From Phycisphaerales bacterium JB039 (lineage in GTDB: Bacteria > Planctomycetota > Phycisphaerae > Phycisphaerales > UBA1924): a DNA stretch of 13,188 nucleotides. Of the stretch, positions 6,221 to 13,188 are shown one piece after another. Every line of letters begins with the position of its first letter. Position 1 is the first letter of the stretch. The DNA lies in assembly GCA_043101635.1 (NCBI GenBank), contig JBICIE010000236.1, forward strand, positions 1-13,188, read 5' to 3'. Position numbers and translations under genes: made by a program. The notes below the pieces were generated by a model that worked only from the letters and a program-made list of their open reading frames with translations, searched no databases and was not told the origin of the DNA.

Positions 6221-6955
6221 ATGCTGAAGCCCGTGCGGCGGATTCTCGTCGCCCTGCTGCTGGGATCGATGACGTCGATCGCCCTCGCGTGGGCGATCGC
6301 CGCGTGGTGGCCGATCTCGGTGAGCGTGCCGCGCTCATCCATCGGAGCGGCTGTCTGCTGGGGCCGGCCATGGCATCACGTCGAGTTCCGACAGTTCGGC
6401 GTGCGCCTTCGCTGGTGGAATGACCTCGAGATCAACGGACGCCTGGCGGCGCCGGCGCCGCGCGCAGTTGCGGACATGATCGCGCAGCTCGAGCGTGATC
6501 GAACTGCCGGGCGTGTGAACATGGGTGCGCCGTTCCGGATCGAAGCAGACGTACCGAACTGGGGCAGCCTTGCCCAGCCCGCACCGCCAGAACTTGCGAT
6601 GGGCAGCGACACCGCGTTCGGCTGGCCGGCGCCCTGCATGTGGTACCAGGTGCTCTCGACGTTCGACGCGCCCACGATGAGCATCGTCGCCGACGAGCTG
6701 CGCGGCGGCGTCCACCTCCGCGGCGGGCCGCCGACCGGCCGCGGCGCCGGCTTCTACGCCCTGCCGCTCCGGCCGATCTGGTGGGGCCTCGTGATCAACA
6801 CCCTGTTCTTCAGCGCGCTGTGGCTGGTGGCGCTGACAGCGCCGCCGATGGCCCGGGGCGCGCTGCGCCGCCGGCGCGGGCTGTGCCTCCGGTGCGGGTA
6901 CGACCTGCAGGGACAGTTCACCGGCGGATGTCCCGAGTGCGGCGCCGGCCGATAG
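6221..6955 (+). CDS. Two-TM membrane protein with a Trp-rich ~170-aa extracytoplasmic region and a cytoplasmic C-terminal zinc ribbon (CLRCGYDLQG....CPECG). Uncharacterised; probably co-transcribed with the flotillin gene.
   Basis: ATG 6221 begins MLKPVRRILVALLLGSMTSIALAWAIAAWW (TM1). A second TM runs IWWGLVINTLFFSALWLVALTA, followed by an Arg-rich stretch and a C-x2-C...C-x2-C zinc-ribbon tail. The stop is TAG 6953-6955. The CxxCGYDL...CPECG tail is a pattern I recall as recurrent in Planctomycetota/Verrucomicrobiota hypothetical proteins; this is memory, not a search. Confidence 0.6.
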   Translation: MLKPVRRILVALLLGSMTSIALAWAIAAWWPISVSVPRSSIGAAVCWGRPWHHVEFRQFGVRLRWWNDLEINGRLAAPAPRAVADMIAQLERDRTAGRVNMGAPFRIEADVPNWGSLAQPAPPELAMGSDTAFGWPAPCMWYQVLSTFDAPTMSIVADELRGGVHLRGGPPTGRGAGFYALPLRPIWWGLVINTLFFSALWLVALTAPPMARGALRRRRGLCLRCGYDLQGQFTGGCPECGAGR

Positions 6956-7030
6956 AGCTGATGGTCCGAATTCGCACTGGCGCTCTCGCAGGGCGTCATG
7001 CGGAGCCGCTTGCGTTCGCCTTGGGTACCC

Positions 7031-7047
7031 CCCCCACTCCGTGGGGG
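7031..7047. terminator. GC hairpin (CCCCCAC-tcc-GTGGGGG) in the 143-bp convergent intergenic region. Candidate bidirectional terminator for the plus-strand cluster and lgt.
   Basis: A 7-bp perfect stem with a 3-nt loop lies between the stop of gene 6221..6955 and the stop of lgt (7099, minus). C-rich runs flank it. No clear U-tract, as is common in high-GC genomes. Confidence 0.35.
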
Positions 7048-7098
7048 CCTACCCACCCTACCAGCCCTCGAAGACCCGAAACCGCCGGCGAGTCCGTG

Positions 7099-8235
7099 TC
7101 AGTCGCTCCGGGCCGGCGCCCGTGCGAGCGCCTCGCGCTTCTCGCCCCACCCGCCGTACATCGGGACCTCCTCGCCGCGGGCCCGGCGCCGGCGCGCGCG
7201 CAGGAGCGCCCACGCCAGCAGCCCGGCCCCGAGCACGATCATCAGCGCGCTCAGCCACTGCCCGCGGCTGAGCCCCAGCACGCGCGGCGCCTGCAGGTGG
7301 GCGTCCGGCAGCCGCCAGAACTCGGTCGCCACGCGCCCGGCGCCGTAGCTGAGCAGGAACGCCGCGGCGATGACCCCCGGCGGGCGCCTGCGATACCACA
7401 CCGCCCACAGCACCACCCCGACCAGCAGCCCCTCCGCAACGGCCTGATACAACTGCGATGGATGCCGCGCCGCCAGCAGCGGCGCGATCTGCTCCGCCAG
7501 GCTGCGCCCCAGCGGCCCGCCCCGCTGGATGAGATCCACCACCCTCTCGTACCCGATCGTGAACGCCTCTCCCGCCGTGAAACCCGGATCCTGCGGCATG
7601 TACGGCGCCACGATCTCGTTGAGCTGAATCTGCTGCTCGAGCGTCAGCGCCGGCGCGTGCCCGCTGATGCGCTCCTGCGGGAACTTCACGCTCCACCACG
7701 GCGACGGCTCGCCCGGCGCCGCCACGATCCGCCCGAGCAGTTCACCATTGACGAAGTTGGCGAGGCGCCCCAGCGCCAGCCCTGGCGGCGCCATCAGCGC
7801 CATCAACTCCGCGCAGTGCAGGAACCCCGCCTTCGCCACACGACCGCCGCCGGCCGCCTTGAACCCGCGCCCGAACCACCACGCGGCCGCCGCCGCCCCC
7901 ACCATGCCCCCGTGGCTGGCCATCCCGCCCTGCGTGATGTCCAGCAGATCCCAGAACGGCACGCGCGACGAGAAGCTCACGAACAGGTCCGGCCGGTACA
8001 GCAGCGCATAGCCCAGCCGCCCCCCCACCACGCCCGCGATGGCGCTGAACAGGATGAAATCACCGGCCCGCTCCGCCGGGATCGGCGTCAGCCCGCGCCG
8101 GATCATCCAGCGGAGCATCAGGTACGCGATGAAGAACCCGGCGACATACGCCAACCCGTACCAGCGCAGCCCGAAGCCGCCCCAGATCTGGATCGCGAAC
8201 GGATCGATGTCATGCACCCAGGCGCCGAGCAGCAT
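7099..8235 (-). CDS. lgt: Prolipoprotein diacylglyceryl transferase Lgt.
   Basis: Lgt signature GRLANFVNGELLGRI (G-x-x-N-x-E-L-x-G) and the conserved HPSQLYQAVAEGLL motif (HPTQLYE-like). The N-terminal region reads DIDPFAIQIWGGFGLRWYGLAYVAGF. A long periplasmic insertion sits between the TM blocks. The start is chosen at ATG 8235..8233 (MLLGAWVH...). The track ORF runs to 8316, which would overlap the ligA start. An alternative ATG at 8289 is possible. Confidence 0.85.
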   Translation of the reverse strand: MLLGAWVHDIDPFAIQIWGGFGLRWYGLAYVAGFFIAYLMLRWMIRRGLTPIPAERAGDFILFSAIAGVVGGRLGYALLYRPDLFVSFSSRVPFWDLLDITQGGMASHGGMVGAAAAAWWFGRGFKAAGGGRVAKAGFLHCAELMALMAPPGLALGRLANFVNGELLGRIVAAPGEPSPWWSVKFPQERISGHAPALTLEQQIQLNEIVAPYMPQDPGFTAGEAFTIGYERVVDLIQRGGPLGRSLAEQIAPLLAARHPSQLYQAVAEGLLVGVVLWAVWYRRRPPGVIAAAFLLSYGAGRVATEFWRLPDAHLQAPRVLGLSRGQWLSALMIVLGAGLLAWALLRARRRRARGEEVPMYGGWGEKREALARAPARSD

Positions 8236-8248
8236 GGGCACAGCGTAG

Positions 8249-10522
<2,274 letters not shown>

Positions 10523-10569
10523 TCCCCACGCCCCCCTGTTCTCGAATCTCTATTCTCTGCTCTCCCCCC
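10523..10569 (+). promoter_or_regulatory. A 47-nt polypyrimidine (CT-rich) tract filling the whole ligA-to-CYTH intergenic spacer.
   Basis: tccccacgcccccctgttctcgaatctctattctctgctctcccccc contains 6 purines in 47 nt and repeated CTCT/TCTC. It lies immediately 5' of ATG 10570 with no SD (purine-rich) element. Confidence 0.4.
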
Positions 10570-11103
10570 ATGCAGAACCTCGAGTTCAAAGCCGAACTGA
10601 GAGACCCCGTCGCGGCGAAGGCGGCCGCGCTGCGACTTGGCGCCCGCTTCATCGCCGATGTCGAGCAGGTCGACACCTACTTCCGCGTGCCGCACGGCCG
10701 GCTCAAGCGGCGCGAGGCCGCCGGCGAGCCCACCGAGTACATCTTCTACCACCGCAAGGATGAGGCTCACCCCAAGATCAGCCAGTTCACCATCTACGAT
10801 CTGGCGACCGCCCGCGAGCGCTTCGGCCTTGAGGACCCGCCGATCTGGGTGATTGTGCGTAAACGCCGCCAGATCTACATGTACCAGAACGTGCGCATCC
10901 ACCTCGATGATGTCGAGGGCCTCGGATCATTCCTGGAGCTTGAAGCCCTGATCTCTACAGCGCACAATGTCGCCCGCTGCCACGAGGCGCTCGGCCACAT
11001 CCGGCGCGCCCTGGAGCCCGCCCTCGGCGAACTCATCGCCGTAAGCTACGCGGACCTCCTGGCCAGCGCACAGGCGGACTCCCCCGGTCCCTGCGGGGAA
11101 TAG
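10570..11103 (+). CDS. CYTH-like domain protein (class IV adenylyl cyclase CyaB / triphosphate tunnel metalloenzyme fold), with the N-terminal ExExK motif reduced to LEFK.
   Basis: The N-terminal MQNLEFKAEL...VEQVDTYFRVPHGRLKRRE and the later IHLDDVEGLGSFLELEAL resemble the CyaB/CYTH pattern (E.E.K ... DTYF ... LR.R ... hlD.V..LG.F.ElE). This is pattern recall only, about 177 aa. The stop is TAG 11101-11103. Confidence 0.55.
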   Translation: MQNLEFKAELRDPVAAKAAALRLGARFIADVEQVDTYFRVPHGRLKRREAAGEPTEYIFYHRKDEAHPKISQFTIYDLATARERFGLEDPPIWVIVRKRRQIYMYQNVRIHLDDVEGLGSFLELEALISTAHNVARCHEALGHIRRALEPALGELIAVSYADLLASAQADSPGPCGE

Positions 11104-11132
11104 ATGGCCCGGCAATCCGAATCAGAAGGGTG

Positions 11133-11501
11133 ATGGCCTTGGAGTTCTGGAACTGGCTCTCAACACGCTCTCCCGGCGAGACGGTGGCCCTCGGCCTCGG
11201 CCTCGCGCTGCTGCTGGAAGCGCTCACGCTGGCCCTGCGCTTCGGCCTGGGGATGCGCTCGGCCACCCACACCCGCTGGATCGGCCGGCGCACGCGCGGG
11301 CTGCGGGTCCACCACGGCTATCCCGGGCTCGCCGCGGCGCCGCTCGGTGCGGGCCTCGGCCTCGGGCTCGGCCCATCGGCGCTCGGCACAGGGTTGGTCA
11401 TCGTCGGGATCGGGCTGCTGGTCAGCGACCTGCTGCACCACTTCGTGGTCCTTCGCCTGGCCACCGGCGCCCACGAGTTCGACCTCCGCTACCCGGATTG
11501 A
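11133..11501 (+). CDS. Small hypothetical membrane protein of about 122 aa, with two predicted TM helices and a Gly/Leu-rich middle.
   Basis: ATG 11133 (an in-frame GTG at 11130 was used by the ORF track). Hydrophobic segments are ETVALGLGLALLLEALTLALRFGL and GTGLVIVGIGLLVSDLLHHFVVL. GC3 is very high. The antisense ORF 11160..12140 is rejected as an artefact. No family recognised. Confidence 0.45.
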   Translation: MALEFWNWLSTRSPGETVALGLGLALLLEALTLALRFGLGMRSATHTRWIGRRTRGLRVHHGYPGLAAAPLGAGLGLGLGPSALGTGLVIVGIGLLVSDLLHHFVVLRLATGAHEFDLRYPD

Positions 11502-11579
11502 CCGGCCGGACGCCACCTGCGGCCCGAATCTGGTAGGATGGCCCCGGACGCCGCTGACCGGCGCCCGGGAGGATCCACC

Positions 11580-13016
11580 ATGGCCCGCACGCAGACCACC
11601 CTCAATCGCCGCGAATTCGTCGGCGCCGCCGCCCTCGCGGCCCTGTCGATGCCCGCGATCAGCTACGCCCGCATCCGCGGCGCCAACCAGCGCCTCAACG
11701 TCGCCTATGTGGGCGTCGGCGGCATCGCTGGCGGCCAGCACATCGCGCCCCTCGCCGGCTTCGGCGCCGGCTGCCCGTGCTACTGCGACGCCGACAGCGG
11801 CCGCTGGGGCGCAGCCGCGGAGCGCTGGAGCGACGCGAAGGGCTACACCGACTACCGGCGCATGTTCGATGACCATCACAAGGACTTCGACGCCGTCATG
11901 GTCGGCACGCCGGATCACCATCACTACCCCGCGACCATCATCGCGATGATGCTCGGCAAGCACGTCTACACGCAAAAGCCGCTCACGCACACCGTCTGGG
12001 AGGCCCGCCAGCTTGCCATCGCCCAGCAGAAGTACAAGGTCGCCACCCAGATGGGCAACCAGGGCCACGCCTCCGAGAGCCTGCGCAAGACCATCGACTA
12101 TCTGCGCGGCGGCGCCATCGGCGATCTCGTCGAAGCGCACGTGTGGACCGACCGCCCGTGGTGGCGCCAGGGCATGCAGCGCCCCGAGGGCTCACAGCCC
12201 GTGCCCGAGCAGATGGACTGGGAGGCCTGGATCGGCCCGGCGCCGATGCGCCCCTTCCGCCATGATCCGGCCGACAACTGGGGCGGGCTGTATCACCCGT
12301 TCAACTGGCGCGGCTGGTGGGACTTCGGCTGCGGCGCCCTCGGCGACATGGCCTGCCACGAGATGGACCCGGTCTACTGGGCCATGGAGCCCGGCTACCC
12401 GACCTCGGTCGAACTGGTCGACAGCGAGCCGATCGGCGAGGCCGAGATGTTCCAGAAGGCCGGCACGGTGCGCTACCAGTTCCCGGCATCCAACGGCCGC
12501 CCCGGCTTCACGCTGTACTGGTACGAGGGCGGGCGCAAGCCCGAGCCGCCGGACGAGCTCAAGGCCGACTGGGAGGCCGAGCACGCCGAGGCCCTCAGGA
12601 AGGCAACGGCCGAGGGCGCCCAGCCGCCCGCAAAGCCGCAGTTCTCCGGCGAGGGCGCGCTGTACATCGGCACGAAGGGCAAGATGGTCGCGCTGCCCTA
12701 CGCCCGCGCTGAGCCGCGTCTGCTGCCGCGCAGCCGCCACGAGGAGTACGGAACGCCCGCCCAGCAGATCGCCCGCTCCGAGGGCCACCACAAGGAGTGG
12801 TACGACGCGTGTGTCGGCGACAAGCCGTTCGACCATCCCAAGTGCAACTTCTCCTACGCCGGCCCCTTCACCGAGATGGTGCTGCTGGGCTGCGTGGTGC
12901 AGAAGACCGGCGGCAAGCTCATGTACGATGGCGCGGGCCACCGCATCACCAACAACAGCGCGGCCAACGACCTGCTGACCAAGCCCTACCGCGAGGGCTG
13001 GGATTTCCGGATGTAG
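11580..13016 (+). CDS. Gfo/Idh/MocA family NAD(P)-dependent oxidoreductase with a twin-arginine (Tat) signal peptide.
   Basis: SD GGGAGGA at 11567-11573 sits 6 nt before ATG 11580. The N-terminus is MARTQTTLNRREFVGAAALAALSMPAISYA (RR-x-FVG Tat motif). The Rossmann region is NVAYVGVGGIAGGQH. It has a Gfo/Idh/MocA EKP-type motif (HVYTQKPLTH) and a His/Trp-rich C-terminal dimerisation/substrate domain. The track ORF starts at 11538 without SD support. Confidence 0.85.
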   Translation: MARTQTTLNRREFVGAAALAALSMPAISYARIRGANQRLNVAYVGVGGIAGGQHIAPLAGFGAGCPCYCDADSGRWGAAAERWSDAKGYTDYRRMFDDHHKDFDAVMVGTPDHHHYPATIIAMMLGKHVYTQKPLTHTVWEARQLAIAQQKYKVATQMGNQGHASESLRKTIDYLRGGAIGDLVEAHVWTDRPWWRQGMQRPEGSQPVPEQMDWEAWIGPAPMRPFRHDPADNWGGLYHPFNWRGWWDFGCGALGDMACHEMDPVYWAMEPGYPTSVELVDSEPIGEAEMFQKAGTVRYQFPASNGRPGFTLYWYEGGRKPEPPDELKADWEAEHAEALRKATAEGAQPPAKPQFSGEGALYIGTKGKMVALPYARAEPRLLPRSRHEEYGTPAQQIARSEGHHKEWYDACVGDKPFDHPKCNFSYAGPFTEMVLLGCVVQKTGGKLMYDGAGHRITNNSAANDLLTKPYREGWDFRM

Positions 13017-13153
13017 CGGGCGCGCTGCGCAACACTGCAGGCTGCTGAAAGAGCCCCGAGCGCAAGGGGTAATTGCGCGATTAGCGCCCACCAACTTGCG
13101 CCAAGGGCAGCCTGCGCCCATACTTCCACTGTCTAGCAAACAGGAGGAACTGC
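13017..13153 (+). promoter_or_regulatory. Lower-GC intergenic leader/promoter region with a GCGCAA-ggggtaa-TTGCGC hairpin, repeated TTGCGC/CTGCGCC motifs, and a strong SD for the next gene.
   Basis: Hairpin arms are at 13060-13065 and 13073-13078. TTGCGC occurs at 13073 and 13096. GCGCCCA occurs at 13084 and 13114. AGGAGG at 13142-13147 sits 6 nt before ATG 13154. GC content is visibly lower than the flanking coding DNA. Confidence 0.3.
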
Positions 13154-13188
13154 ATGGAACGCAGGCTGCTTAAGGCCGTACGGAGACG
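13154..13188 (+). CDS. 5' end of a CDS leaving the window (MERRLLKAVRR...). Product unknown.
   Basis: ATG 13154 has a consensus SD (AGGAGG) at optimal spacing. Only 11 codons are visible. Confidence 0.4.
   Translation, partial: MERRLLKAVRR

Noticed and set aside
6956-7098. Possible small RNA or tRNA in the 143-bp convergent gap
   Set aside because: Only a single short hairpin is present. No tRNA-like conserved boxes and no extended covarying structure discernible by eye.
11160-13139. Minus-strand ORFs 11160..12140 (326 aa) and 12192..13139 (315 aa)
   Set aside because: Antisense to the small membrane-protein gene and the Gfo/Idh/MocA gene. The oxidoreductase has an SD, a Tat signal and Rossmann motifs on the plus strand, so the minus-strand frames are treated as artefacts.

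Overview
This 13.2-kb window is about 68-70% GC with weak or variable Shine-Dalgarno use. Its gene content (Tat-signal Gfo/Idh/MocA oxidoreductase, C-terminal CxxCGYDL...CPECG zinc-ribbon membrane protein) makes a Planctomycetota-like chromosome plausible by inference only. Genes pack tightly into three co-directional blocks.

Block 1 (minus strand, 2239 to 139) is a translationally coupled trio: a GT2 polyprenyl-phosphate glycosyltransferase, a LAB_N-domain membrane protein, and an acidic 211-aa protein of no family I recognise.

Block 2 (plus strand, 2326 to 6955) is an odd five-gene cluster: an adrenodoxin-type [2Fe-2S] ferredoxin, a secreted SOUL/HBP heme-binding protein, a permease-less OppF/DppF-type ABC ATPase, a flotillin-like SPFH protein, and a two-TM membrane protein with a C-terminal zinc ribbon. 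It runs from a low-GC divergent promoter carrying a nested inverted repeat to a convergent hairpin.

Block 3 contains lgt on the minus strand, diverging from ligA, then a CYTH-like protein, a small membrane protein, a Tat-secreted Gfo/Idh/MocA oxidoreductase and the start of a further gene.

I found no tRNA, rRNA, CRISPR array, integrase or transposase signatures.

The candidate novel elements are:
- the flotillin gene with an orphan ATPase upstream and a zinc-ribbon membrane partner downstream in place of the usual NfeD;
- the uncharacterised third gene of the GT2/LAB_N operon;
- a GATC-dense tandem palindrome;
- a GCGCAAGGGGT-containing hairpin motif present in two separate promoter regions.

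The many long antisense ORFs in the track are high-GC artefacts.
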